From assembly GCA_040901675.1 (NCBI GenBank), contig JBBDYJ010000038.1, forward strand, positions 64,001 through 128,000: 64,000 bases of DNA, given 5' to 3'. Within the stretch, counting starts at the first letter, position 1; every line of letters begins with the position of its first letter. Source of the stretch: Pirellulales bacterium. Its GTDB lineage: Bacteria > Planctomycetota > Planctomycetia > Pirellulales > JAICIG01. The notes beneath the pieces were generated by a model. That model saw nothing but the letters and a program-made list of their open reading frames with translations. It was not told the DNA's origin and made no database searches. Shown here piece after piece: positions 1 through 9,323 of this stretch. Made by a program: the position numbers and the translations under genes.

Positions 1-185
1 TGTCCCCTTATCGTCTTGTCACCGTGTCGCCTTGTCGCCTTGTCCCCGTTGTCCTCCTCTCCGGCGCCCGCCCGTTGCTTGGGGCCGATTGTCCGGGGTA
101 CAATCCCGCCTTCCATACGTGGGCGGGCGGGCGAAGGTGCGGCCAGAGGCGGCAAAACCAGGCGAGTGCCGGACGACGGACAACC

Positions 186-1721
186 ATGAGCGTGTTTCTC
201 GGCATCGACGTTGGCACCTCCGGAACCAAGACGCTCGCCATCGACGAGCGGGGCAGAATCCTCGCCGAGGCGATGGAGACGTATCCCTGCTACCAGCCGC
301 GGCCCCTCTGGAGCGAGCAGGACCCGGACGATTGGTGGCGGGCCACGGTCGCCACGGTGCGGGCCGTCGTCAAGAAAGCCCGCTTGAAGCCGGCCGACGT
401 CAAGTCGATCGGCCTGTCAGGACAGATGCACGGCTCGGTCTTTCTCGACAAGCAAGGCCAGGTGATCCGGCCCGCACTGCTCTGGAACGATCAGCGGACC
501 GCGGCCGAGTGCGACGAGATCGAGCGCCGCGCCGGCGGCCGCGGCAAGCTGATCAAGATGGTCGCCAACCCGGCACTGACCGGCTTCACCGCCCCCAAGA
601 TCCTCTGGTTGCGCAATCACGAGCCCCGCAACTTCGACAAGCTGGCCAAGGTGCTGTTGCCTAAGGACGAAATCCGCCGTCGCCTGACGGGCGAGTACGC
701 CACCGAGGTCAGCGACGCCAGCGGCATGCTCCTCTTGGACGTGGCCCGGCGGACCTGGTCCAAGCCGCTCTTGTCGCGCTTGGAGCTTGACATCGCCCTG
801 TTGGCCGACTGCCACGAGTCGCGGGAGGTGACCGGGCAGCTCATGCCGAGCGTGGCCAAGCAACTCGGCCTTTCGACCGATTGCGTGGTCGCGGGCGGCG
901 CGGGCGACTGCGCGGCCGGGGCCCTCGGCAACGGCATCGTCAATCCGGGCGTCCTGTCGACGTCGATCGGCACCTCCGGCGTGATGTTCGTCTACAGCGA
1001 CACGGTCAAGATCGACCCCCTTGGGCGGGTGCACACCTTCTGCCACGCGGTCGACGGCAAGTGGCACATCATGGGCGTGAACCTCTCGGCCGGCGGTTCG
1101 CTGCAATGGTTCCGCAACCAACTGTGCCAGGCCGACGCCGCCCAGGCCCGCAAGACCGGCAAGGAACCGTATGATATCCTGACCAACGAGGCCGAGGCCG
1201 TGCCGCCCGGCAGCGAGGGGTTGTTCTTTCTCCCCTACTTGTCGGGCGAACGCACTCCGCACGCCGACCCGGACGCCCGCGGGGCGTTTGTCGGGCTCAC
1301 CCTGGTCCACGGCCGAGGGCACATGGCGCGGGCCATCATGGAAGGGGTCACCTACTCGATGCTCGACAGCCTCCAGATCATCCGCGAGCTCGAGGTGCCG
1401 GTCAAGCAAATCAGGGCCTCGGGCGGCGGCTCGCGCAGCCAGCTCTGGCGGCAGATCCAGGCCGACGTGTTTGGGCAGAAAGTAGTCACGCTCAACAGCG
1501 AGGAGGGGCCGGCCTACGGCGTGGCCCTGCTCGCCGCCGTGGGCGCCGGCGCTTATCGCGACATTTCCGAAGCGTGCCGGGCCACGATCCGCGTGGTCAA
1601 GGAGACTTCTCCCAACCGCCAGGCGCAAAAGGTTTACCAGCGGGCGTTTCCCGAATACCAGCAGCTCTACCGTTCGCTCAAGGACGACTTCAAGCGGATC
1701 GCCGCCCTGGCGAAAGGTTAA
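186..1721 (+). CDS. xylB: Xylulokinase (FGGY carbohydrate kinase)
   Basis: Starts [15 protein letters not shown]; motifs [32 protein letters not shown]. Confidence 0.9.
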   Translation: MSVFLGIDVGTSGTKTLAIDERGRILAEAMETYPCYQPRPLWSEQDPDDWWRATVATVRAVVKKARLKPADVKSIGLSGQMHGSVFLDKQGQVIRPALLWNDQRTAAECDEIERRAGGRGKLIKMVANPALTGFTAPKILWLRNHEPRNFDKLAKVLLPKDEIRRRLTGEYATEVSDASGMLLLDVARRTWSKPLLSRLELDIALLADCHESREVTGQLMPSVAKQLGLSTDCVVAGGAGDCAAGALGNGIVNPGVLSTSIGTSGVMFVYSDTVKIDPLGRVHTFCHAVDGKWHIMGVNLSAGGSLQWFRNQLCQADAAQARKTGKEPYDILTNEAEAVPPGSEGLFFLPYLSGERTPHADPDARGAFVGLTLVHGRGHMARAIMEGVTYSMLDSLQIIRELEVPVKQIRASGGGSRSQLWRQIQADVFGQKVVTLNSEEGPAYGVALLAAVGAGAYRDISEACRATIRVVKETSPNRQAQKVYQRAFPEYQQLYRSLKDDFKRIAALAKG

Positions 1722-1729
1722 TCCACCTG

Positions 1730-2686
1730 ATGAATGCCGTCTATCTGACCGAGTCCGACGTCGATCATCTGCTCGACGTGCCGACCGCGATCGAGGCAGT
1801 GGAGGAGGCCTTTGCGCAGTTGGCAAGCGGCGACGCGGTGAACGTGCCCCGGCAGCGGGCGGCAGCGCCGCGGATCGTCCTGCACACGATGAGCGCCGCC
1901 GCGCCGTATCTGGGTCTGGCCGGCTGGAAGTGCTACACCACCACCGCCGGCGGCGCCAAGTTCCTGATCGGACTCTACGAGACCGATTCCGGCAAGCTGG
2001 TGGCGCTGGTCGAGGCCGACCGGCTCGGCCAGTTCCGCACCGGCGCCGCCACCGCCGTGGCCGCCGAGTGGATGGCCCTCCCGGAGGTTTCCGAGGTGGG
2101 CATCTTCGGCTCCGGCAAGCAGGCCCGCGCCCAGCTTGCCGCCGTCGCCGCCGTGCGGCCCATCAAGCAGGCCTTTGTCTACAGCCGCGATCCGCAGCGG
2201 CGCTGGAGTTTTGCCTCGCGGATGTCGGCCGAGTTGAACATCGAGGTGGCGCCGGTCGACAGGCCGCAGGAGGCCGCCGAGGAGCTGCCGATCGTGATCA
2301 CCGCCACCAGCAGCCGCGAGCCGGTCTTCGACGGCAACTGGCTGGACGAGGGGACGATGGTGGCGGCCATCGGCTCGAACTGGCCGAACCGGGCGGAGAT
2401 CGATGCCACGGTGGTGCGGCGGGCCGACAACATCGTCTGCGACAGCATCGAGGCCTGCCGTCACGAGGCGGGCGACTTTGTCGACGCCTTGGAGAAGGGC
2501 ATCTTCGACTGGTCGCGGGCCGCCGAATTGGCCGACGTGGTGGCCGGCCGCGCCGTCGGCCGCAGCCGCCCCGAGAGCATCACTCTTTTCAAGAGCGTGG
2601 GCCTGGCGATCGAGGACGTGGCCTTAGGCGGCAAGCTCTTGGAGCTCGCCCGCCAGCACCGCATCGGCAGCCCGTTGCCGTTCTAA
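1730..2686 (+). CDS. Ornithine cyclodeaminase / mu-crystallin family protein
   Basis: RTGAATAVAA, GIFGSGKQA, C-terminal TLFKSVGLAIED. Confidence 0.88.
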   Translation: MNAVYLTESDVDHLLDVPTAIEAVEEAFAQLASGDAVNVPRQRAAAPRIVLHTMSAAAPYLGLAGWKCYTTTAGGAKFLIGLYETDSGKLVALVEADRLGQFRTGAATAVAAEWMALPEVSEVGIFGSGKQARAQLAAVAAVRPIKQAFVYSRDPQRRWSFASRMSAELNIEVAPVDRPQEAAEELPIVITATSSREPVFDGNWLDEGTMVAAIGSNWPNRAEIDATVVRRADNIVCDSIEACRHEAGDFVDALEKGIFDWSRAAELADVVAGRAVGRSRPESITLFKSVGLAIEDVALGGKLLELARQHRIGSPLPF

Positions 2687-3405
2687 GGCGGACCACCCCG
2701 CCGGGCCGCATCGAGTTCACGCTGCAGCCGGGCGATCTCGGCGTCTTTCGCCTTGAGGGCGGCCTCGGCTTTTCGCCGATCGGCCTCGGCCTTTTGCTCG
2801 GCCCTGGCGACAGCTTCGTGCGGGTTCGGCAGCCACTCGCTTGTCAGCGGGTCCCAGAAACGCAGGTCTTCGTCCGCTGCTTCCAGGTGCAGCGACAACA
2901 CGTCGCTCGGCAGACGGCCTGCCACTGGCTCGATGGGCAGATACTGTCCTTGCACCAGCCGATGGCCTTGTAACTTCGGATCCAGGTACTCGCCGAAAGG
3001 ATCGAACAGGAAGTACTCCCTCACCCGGAGCACGTCGCGGTACAAGGCGAGCTTCTTCTTCAGATCTTCCTTGCGGGTCGAGCGGCTAGTGACCTCGATG
3101 ACCAGGTGAGGCGCCGCGCCTTCTTCCCAGGTCAGGTAGTAGTCGCGCCTTTTGTCCTTGACGATCCCTTGGACGACGAACACGTCAGGCGAGACGTGCG
3201 TGTGCTTGTCGCCGGGCACGTAGTACATCAGGTTGTTGCCCGACACGTAAACCCGCGGGTTGTCGGCGAACCAGTTCTTAAGCTCGTGAATCGAATACAG
3301 GATATTCTGGACATGGGTATAAGTTTCCCCTATGGGACGGCCGTCCCCACTGGGATACTCCGGCTCGGCATGGCGCGGCAGTTCAGGTCCGGATTTGGTT
3401 GCCAT
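2683..3405 (-). CDS. Uma2 family (DUF820) PD-(D/E)xK endonuclease-like protein
   Basis: YPSGDGRPIGE, VSPDVFVV, PHLVIEVTSRST, VREYFLFDP, coiled-coil tail. Confidence 0.88.
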   Translation of the reverse strand: MATKSGPELPRHAEPEYPSGDGRPIGETYTHVQNILYSIHELKNWFADNPRVYVSGNNLMYYVPGDKHTHVSPDVFVVQGIVKDKRRDYYLTWEEGAAPHLVIEVTSRSTRKEDLKKKLALYRDVLRVREYFLFDPFGEYLDPKLQGHRLVQGQYLPIEPVAGRLPSDVLSLHLEAADEDLRFWDPLTSEWLPNPHEAVARAEQKAEADRRKAEAALKAKDAEIARLQRELDAARRGGPP

Positions 3406-3701
3406 AGTCCAACGGGCCCCACGGAGAATCGAGCCTCCAGAATCCCCTACCAATTAACTTTACGACCGCTGCCAGCCATGTCCACACGAAATCCCGGCCG
3501 TCGCCAGAATCTGCCATGCCGCCCGCCGGCCTGTAACGCTGCTCGCCCGTCTGCGGCCCACGGTATGTTAGCTCTGCCGCTTCGAACAGCTTCACATGAC
3601 CTGACTTCCGAGTAGAATCAACTTCCGAGCAGGGGCGCTGTGCCGCAACTTGCGAGATGAGTTGCGTGGGCGTCGCCGATTCGTCGATCCGGATGTGCCG
3701 C

Positions 3702-4457
3702 ATGACCGAAAAATACTGGCTGCTGAAGTGTTGCCGCCTCTTCGAGCACCTCGCCGGTGAACAATTGGGCCGGCTCGAAAGATGCAGCCGGGTTCGGACC
3801 TTTGCGCGTGGCAGCCCGATTTACCTGCCCGCCGACGAAGCCAACGGCGTGCTGGTGCTCGCCAGCGGACGGGCGAAAATCTGCGGCTTTTCGGCCGACG
3901 GAAAGCAGGCGATCCTGGCCTTCGTCGAACCGGGCGAACTGTTCGGAGAACTGGCCCTCTTCGAGCAAGGTCCGCGGGAAGAATATGCCGAGGCCGTGGA
4001 AGCGTCGAAAGTCGTACTCATACCTGGCGACGACCTGCAGCGGCTGATGGAAGAATCTCCCGGCCTGTCGCTGGGCATCACCCGGCTGATCGGGCTCCGC
4101 CGCCGGCGCATCGAGCGCCGGCTCAAATACTTGCTGTTCCGCTCCAACCGGGATCGCCTGGTCAACCTGCTGTTGGAACTGGCCGAGCAATACGGGACCA
4201 GGAAACCGGAGGGACTGCTTCTCGACATCCGTTTGTCTCACCAGGATTTGGCGAGCATCATTGGGGCCACCCGTGAAACGGTCACGGTGATTCTGGGCGA
4301 GTTGCAAGCAGAGGGGTGCCTGAAGCTTGGCCGGCGCCGGATCGTGTTGATCCAGCCCGAGCGGCTGGCGGCAGGTGTCGAAGCGCCCGTGCCACGCCCC
4401 GCGGGGATCAAGCCGCTGCCGGCGCGCGACGCGAAAGCGCTTCCACGCATACTGTGA
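3702..4457 (+). CDS. Crp/Fnr family transcriptional regulator
   Basis: cNMP-binding fold (PGELFGELAL) plus Crp HTH LSHQDLASIIGATRETVTVILGEL; several N-terminal Cys. Confidence 0.92.
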   Translation: MTEKYWLLKCCRLFEHLAGEQLGRLERCSRVRTFARGSPIYLPADEANGVLVLASGRAKICGFSADGKQAILAFVEPGELFGELALFEQGPREEYAEAVEASKVVLIPGDDLQRLMEESPGLSLGITRLIGLRRRRIERRLKYLLFRSNRDRLVNLLLELAEQYGTRKPEGLLLDIRLSHQDLASIIGATRETVTVILGELQAEGCLKLGRRRIVLIQPERLAAGVEAPVPRPAGIKPLPARDAKALPRIL

Positions 4458-4468
4458 GATGTTTCACC
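4453..4468. promoter_or_regulatory. Crp-type operator upstream of the redoxin selenoprotein gene
   Basis: TGTGA-gatgtt-TCACC, 9/10 match to TGTGA-N6-TCACA; overlaps the Crp stop codon. Confidence 0.55.
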
Positions 4469-4545
4469 GAGAAACCCCAGCAAACTTGCGATAAAACAGG
4501 TGGCGGCGGTCAGTTGCGACAGCTCCGCCCCAGGATCGAAGAACC

Positions 4546-6000
4546 ATGCCTCGAAAACCCGCCGACCCCGATCGTTGGCAACCGTGCCCGCCAGGCGAGC
4601 TCGTTGGACTCGCAGGTCGATTAAAGGCCAAGCGCCGCAGACGCGTGATCGAGGCGGCCCTGGCCACGTCCCTCGCGGCCCTGCTGATGGTCTGGGCCGG
4701 CGTTTATTTCGGCGTTCAGCGATCCCCGCAGCCGACCGACTTCGAATTCGGCGGCATCGCGTGCAGCGAGGTTCGCCCAATTGTGGCAAAGTACATGTCC
4801 GGCGAGCTCGATCCGGCGCTGGCCGCCCGCGTGCGCGAGCACCTTGCCCACTGCGCTGCTTGCGGGAGATTGATGGAGGGCGTGCAGAAGTCCGTTTCGG
4901 CGCCGTCGCTCCCACCGCGCCTTGCCGAGCGCCCAGGTGTGGCCGCCGTCATCGGCAGCCGGCCGTTGATTTCGCTGCGCGCGGTGGCCCTGTGGGCACT
5001 TTTCAGTGATGCCGCGGCTGACGATGCCGAGATCAGCCCCGCCGGCTGGCTGGCCGCGTTCGCGGACCAGTGGGATGACCAACGTTGGCTGTCCAAGCCC
5101 TCGGGCTACATGCGGCCGCTCGACGACGAAGGTTGGCGGGCCCGGATGCGGGCTTTCCAGGCACTGGTCAAGGCGGGGAGCGGCTCGGTCGACCCATTGC
5201 TACAAACTCTGCGCGAAGGGACCACCACCCAACGGATCCTGGCCGCCCAGGTGCTCGGCTATCTGGGCCAGGATGTGCCGCGCCAAGCGTTGATCGAAGT
5301 CGCCCGCGCCGACTCGGACCCCGCCGTCCGGCTCTATGCGATTGCTTCGTTGGGGATGCTTGGTGCCGCGGAACAGGCCGCTTTGCTCCAGGAATTGGCC
5401 GAGTCGGAATCGAATCGTGACGCGAAAAAACACATTGCCTATGCCGTGGGCCGCAATGGGCGGCCGCTCGACGCCATGGTGACAGCCAAGCTGGCCGGAT
5501 GGGACCTCGGCCGCCTCGACACGGCCAAGCTGGGACAAGCGGCGCCCGATTTTGAGTTGACCAGCTTGTCGGGCGAAACGGTCCGGCTGAGCCAGTTTCG
5601 TGGACAAAAGGCGGTGGTGCTGGTCTTCGTCTACGGCGACACGTGACCGGTCTGCCACAGGCAGCTCGCGCAGTTGCGCGACAACCTCAAGGCGATCGAG
5701 GCCGCCGGCGCCCAGCTCCTGGCGGTCGATCCACACGAATCCTGGTCAGCCAAGCACCTGCTCCAAGAGGTGGGCCTGGACACGGCCGACGTGCACTACC
5801 CGTTGCTCAGCGACCCGTCGCTGGTGGTCAGCGCCACCTACGGCGTCGCCTTCCAGATGCGGATCCACACGGAACTGAGCAACCGGCCGGCCACGTTCAT
5901 CGTCGATAGGGAAGGCATCCTCCGGTATGAACGCCGGGCGACGACGTTCTCCGATCGCCCCGCGGTGGACCAGGTCCTCTCGGAACTCAAGAAGCTTTAG
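4546..6000 (+). CDS. Putative selenoprotein: zf-HC2-like + HEAT repeats + AhpC/TSA redoxin domain with UxxC (TGA 5644-5646, U367), 484 aa
   Basis: ORFs 4546..5646 and 5674..6000 share a frame. Read-through gives APDFELTSLSGETVRLSQFRGQKAVVLVFVYGDT-U-PVCHRQLAQLRD...RPATFIVDREGILRY, a complete redoxin fold; hairpin at 5666-5681. Confidence 0.8.
5666..5681 (+). other. Candidate bacterial SECIS hairpin
   Basis: TCGCGC-AGTT-GCGCGA; loop starts 26 nt after the TGA and contains GU. Confidence 0.55.
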
Positions 6001-6502
6001 ATCCAACGCCTGGGCTGCCGCCGGTGCCCTCCACGTCCTCCACCGCGCCGGTAGGTCTGCGGCGCGCCGCGCGCCCGGCAGCCCACAAGACGACTCCGGC
6101 CACTGTTACCGGGACGACTGGAATCTCGATCAGCGTGGCCAGCACAAAGAAATATCGCTGGATAAAGTAAGACTGCCGCCAGCCGGATGCATGGGGCAGC
6201 CATGTCATGGCCTGCCAGATTGCGATTGCCGCCAATCCCACCGCGCCCGCGGCAAACAGCACCACGCCAGCTCGCCGCAGTGTAGCGGGTTTGGACGTTC
6301 GCCAGGCCAGCATAACCGGTCCGGCAAGAAGCACGGCCCAAAACGCATGGCACGACACGAGGGTCTGTAGCGGTGGGCCGCAACCCCAAGGGCCGCAGAT
6401 GTCGTGTCCCCAGTCCCCCGGTAGCTGACCGATCTTCAGGGTACCGAACAGAGCGGCCGCCCAACCAGCCGTCGCCAGTGCGCGCAAGACAAGCCGGGGC
6501 AC
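5987..6502 (-). CDS. Small multi-pass membrane protein with HDICGPWGCGPP / CHAFW motif
   Basis: GTG start at 6502 after AAGGAG; about four hydrophobic segments; Cys/His cluster in a loop. Confidence 0.65.
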   Translation of the reverse strand: MPRLVLRALATAGWAAALFGTLKIGQLPGDWGHDICGPWGCGPPLQTLVSCHAFWAVLLAGPVMLAWRTSKPATLRRAGVVLFAAGAVGLAAIAIWQAMTWLPHASGWRQSYFIQRYFFVLATLIEIPVVPVTVAGVVLWAAGRAARRRPTGAVEDVEGTGGSPGVGSKAS

Positions 6503-6586
6503 CTGCTTCTCCTTCCCCCATCGAGGCCCGTCCAGATTGTACCGCGGGTGAGGGGGGGCGTGTGTGAGCCGGCACACACTGCTCTC

Positions 6587-6657
6587 GCTTTTTTCAACGG
6601 GCTGTCTGGTTTTGCAGGGCTTGGAACGTTGTATAGATAGGACCTTCCTGCCGCCGC
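6587..6657 (+). promoter_or_regulatory. 71-bp element, copy 1 (putative ECF-sigma promoter for the precursor/MNIO arm)
   Basis: 60/71 identical to the reverse complement of 22149-22219; invariant blocks CTGTCTGGTTTTG and AACGTTGTATAGATAGGACCTTC. Confidence 0.65.
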
Positions 6658-6670
6658 ATTTGGTTGGCCA

Positions 6671-6686
6671 TGTGTGCCATTTCACA
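6671..6686. promoter_or_regulatory. Crp-type operator upstream of the Cys-rich precursor
   Basis: TGTGT-gccatt-TCACA; a second box TGTGA-gccggc-ACACA lies at 6563-6578. Confidence 0.55.
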
Positions 6687-6795
6687 GTCCGCCGGCGGAT
6701 CAGGGATTAAGGTGCGGGAAGCGGGGGAAGCAGGCAAGGCGGTTCGCCTGGTCCCGACCGTTGTTCCATTCTTTGCACGCAAGCAGGAGACTGGC

Positions 6796-7227
6796 ATGAA
6801 GAAAACTGGCTTGACTCGACGTGACTTTCAGAACCTGTCGCTGGCGGCCGCGGGAGGCCTGCTGATCGGCGCCGGCGGCACCTCGGAGGCCTCCGCTGCC
6901 CAAGACAAAAGGAACGCCCAAGACAAGGACGATGACAAGAACCCGTTGCTGGTCGAGCCGCACGTCTGCCGCGGGCTCAACGCCTGCGCTGGATTGTCGG
7001 CCTGCGCCACGGCGGAGGCCCACGACTGCAAGGGTCAGAACGCGTGCAAAGGCCAGGGGGGCTGCGGCGCTCGCCCGGGCGAAAACGCCTGCAAGGGAAT
7101 GGGTGACTGCGCCGTGCCGCTCACGGAAAAGAAATGGAAGACGGCCCGCGCCCGTTTTGAGCAGTTGATGAAAACGGAACGCAAGGAATTCGGCAAGGCT
7201 CCGACAACGGGTAAGGCGAAGTCATAG
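6796..7227 (+). CDS. Tat-exported Cys-rich peptide, probable MNIO substrate (bufferin BufA2-like)
   Basis: AGGAG RBS; Tat motif TRRDF; repeats CRGLNAC, CKGQNACKGQGGC, NACKGMGDC; directly upstream of DUF692. Confidence 0.75.
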   Translation: MKKTGLTRRDFQNLSLAAAGGLLIGAGGTSEASAAQDKRNAQDKDDDKNPLLVEPHVCRGLNACAGLSACATAEAHDCKGQNACKGQGGCGARPGENACKGMGDCAVPLTEKKWKTARARFEQLMKTERKEFGKAPTTGKAKS

Positions 7228-7258
7228 CCTGCCGGTGCGCTTCGGCACCAAGTCTCCT

Positions 7259-7301
7259 CGGCCGCCGCGGTGGCCCGCTACCACCGCGCCGGCCGCTTTT
7301 T
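7259..7301 (+). terminator. Intrinsic terminator/attenuator between precursor and MNIO gene
   Basis: CGGCCG-C-CGCGGTGG / CCACCGCG-C-CGGCCG stem followed by CTTTTT. Confidence 0.6.
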
Positions 7302-7377
7302 GAATCGCCCGCCCGCGCGGAAGTTGGCTTTTTCCCATTCTCGTTAAAAGTGCAGTCCTTGAGCCAGGCAGCGTCAA

Positions 7378-8301
7378 ATGAGCCCGCAGCGTTTAGGTCA
7401 TCCCGATCTTGGCATGGGCGTGGGCCTGAGGTCAGCCCATTTCTCGCACATCCTCGAACACCAGCCCGGGGTCGATTGGTTCGAGGTCATCTCCGAGAAC
7501 TTCATGGATTCCCAGGGGCGGCCGCGCTACGTCGTCGACCAGATCGCCGAGCGATATCCGCTGGTCATGCACGGCGTTTCACTTTCCATCGGCAGTTGCG
7601 ACCCCCTCAATTTCGATTACCTCCAGCGGCTCAAGCGCCTGGCCGACGGCATCCGGCCTCGCTGGATTTCGGACCACCTCTGCTGGACCGGCGTGATGGG
7701 CCTCAACACGCACGACCTGCTGCCCATTCCCCTCAACGAGGAATCGCTCCGGCACGTGGTCGAGCGGATCCGGATCGTGCAAGACTTTCTCCAGCGTCCG
7801 CTCGTGCTCGAGAATCCGAGTACCTACGTGACGTTTGCCGATTCGACGATCCAGGAGTGGGAGTTCGTCAGCCGCATGGCCGAGGAGGCCGACTGCGGGC
7901 TGCTGCTCGACGTGAACAACGTTTACGTGTCGAGCGTCAACCACGACTTCGATCCCACCGAGTATATCGGGCGGCTGCCTCATCGGCGCATCGTGCAGTT
8001 TCACCTGGCGGGCCATACCAACTGCGGCACGCACTTGATCGATACGCACGACGGCCCGGTCATCGACCCGGTGTGGGAGCTTTACCGGCTGGCCCACGAG
8101 CTCACCGGTGGCGTGTCGACGCTGCTGGAGTGGGACGCCAAGATCCCCGAGTTCCCCGTGGTCCATGCCGAAGCGCTCAAGGCCCGCCGCTGGCGGCAGG
8201 CCCACTCCAGCCCGCCGCCGGCCACCCGCCCGGCCATCCCGGCGGCGGCCCCCGTCTCGGTGCCGCAGCCGCTGGCGCACCTGGTGGTGGACGTTTCATG
8301 A
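7378..8301 (+). CDS. DUF692 family multinuclear non-heme iron oxidative enzyme (MNIO)
   Basis: [63 protein letters not shown]. Confidence 0.95.
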   Translation: MSPQRLGHPDLGMGVGLRSAHFSHILEHQPGVDWFEVISENFMDSQGRPRYVVDQIAERYPLVMHGVSLSIGSCDPLNFDYLQRLKRLADGIRPRWISDHLCWTGVMGLNTHDLLPIPLNEESLRHVVERIRIVQDFLQRPLVLENPSTYVTFADSTIQEWEFVSRMAEEADCGLLLDVNNVYVSSVNHDFDPTEYIGRLPHRRIVQFHLAGHTNCGTHLIDTHDGPVIDPVWELYRLAHELTGGVSTLLEWDAKIPEFPVVHAEALKARRWRQAHSSPPPATRPAIPAAAPVSVPQPLAHLVVDVS

Positions 8302-9179
8302 GTGGTCAGCCTGCCAACTTGGCGCGCCTGCAGCGCTGGATGCAGGCCGTGATCATGCACCCGGACGGGGTCGAAGGCGGCGTGGGGTCGCCCGAAGCGC
8401 GGCGGCTGGTCGATATCGCGTTGGATCAACTCGAACAGGTGATCCACCCTTCGCGGGCGCTCGGCAGCGCCGAACGGCTCGAGATCTATGTGGATGCCTA
8501 TCATCTGCGGCTGATGGATTGCCTGCGAAACCAGTTTCCCGCCCTGGTGAACGCTTTGGGTGAAGCGACCTTCGATGCCGTAGCGTTCGGCTACCTGGGA
8601 GCCTACCCGTCGCGTGGGTATTCTTTGAACAAGTTGGGCGAAAACCTCCCCCAGTTCCTGGCCCAGAACCGCCCGCACGAGTCCGCGGCGCCCGCTGATG
8701 CGCCGTCGAGCTGGCCCGACGGCATCATCGAGCTTTCCACGTTCGAGCGGGCCGTGCAGGAGATCTTCGACGGCCCCGGCGTCGAGGGACAACGGCTGCT
8801 GGAACAAGCGGAGCTGTCGGCGATCGCGCCCTTGGATTGGCCCGGCGCTCGCCTGAAGTGTGTCGAGTGCTTGCGCCTGTTCCGCTTCGCCCATCCCGTA
8901 AACGCCTGGTATTCGCAACTGCGGCACGTCCCATGTCCGCCTCCAGGCCCGTGCGAGTCGCACGTCGCGCTGGTGCGGCAAGATTATACCGTCCGTCGCC
9001 ACGAGCTTTCGCGCCCCCAATACGAGTTGCTGCTGTGCCTGGCGGCGGGCAGCTCGATCGCTTCGGGCATGGAAGCAGCGCTCGGCGGGGCCCGTGACGA
9101 CGTGGCGGACTTGGCCGTCCAAGTGCAGGGCTGGTTTCAGCAATGGGCGACGGGGGGCTTTTTCAGCGGTGTCCAATGA
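8298..9179 (+). CDS. DUF2063-type MNIO partner protein
   Basis: ATGA overlap with DUF692; [15 protein letters not shown]...FPAL...[14 protein letters not shown]. Confidence 0.85.
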   Translation: MSGQPANLARLQRWMQAVIMHPDGVEGGVGSPEARRLVDIALDQLEQVIHPSRALGSAERLEIYVDAYHLRLMDCLRNQFPALVNALGEATFDAVAFGYLGAYPSRGYSLNKLGENLPQFLAQNRPHESAAPADAPSSWPDGIIELSTFERAVQEIFDGPGVEGQRLLEQAELSAIAPLDWPGARLKCVECLRLFRFAHPVNAWYSQLRHVPCPPPGPCESHVALVRQDYTVRRHELSRPQYELLLCLAAGSSIASGMEAALGGARDDVADLAVQVQGWFQQWATGGFFSGVQ

Positions 9180-9323
9180 GCGCGTGGAATGTGGTGCCGG
9201 ATACAGAAGCGGCCACGGCCCGCGCACTATGCTAAACAGCCGGGCGTTTTCGAAAGGCTTTTTGGCGTATTCAAGCCCGGGTTTACCCGGTTGAGCTCTT
9301 CAATTCAGTTAGGAGTCGCTTGC

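Noticed and set aside
2683..3405. Uma2 nuclease as part of a defence system
   Set aside because: Solitary member of a family commonly expanded in planctomycetes; no partner genes.
9177..9323. The DUF2063-type gene's TGA is in frame with the DUF3179 ORF (possible read-through fusion)
   Set aside because: The partner protein looks complete at the TGA, there is no Cys motif, and DUF3179 has its own AGGAG RBS before ATG 9324.
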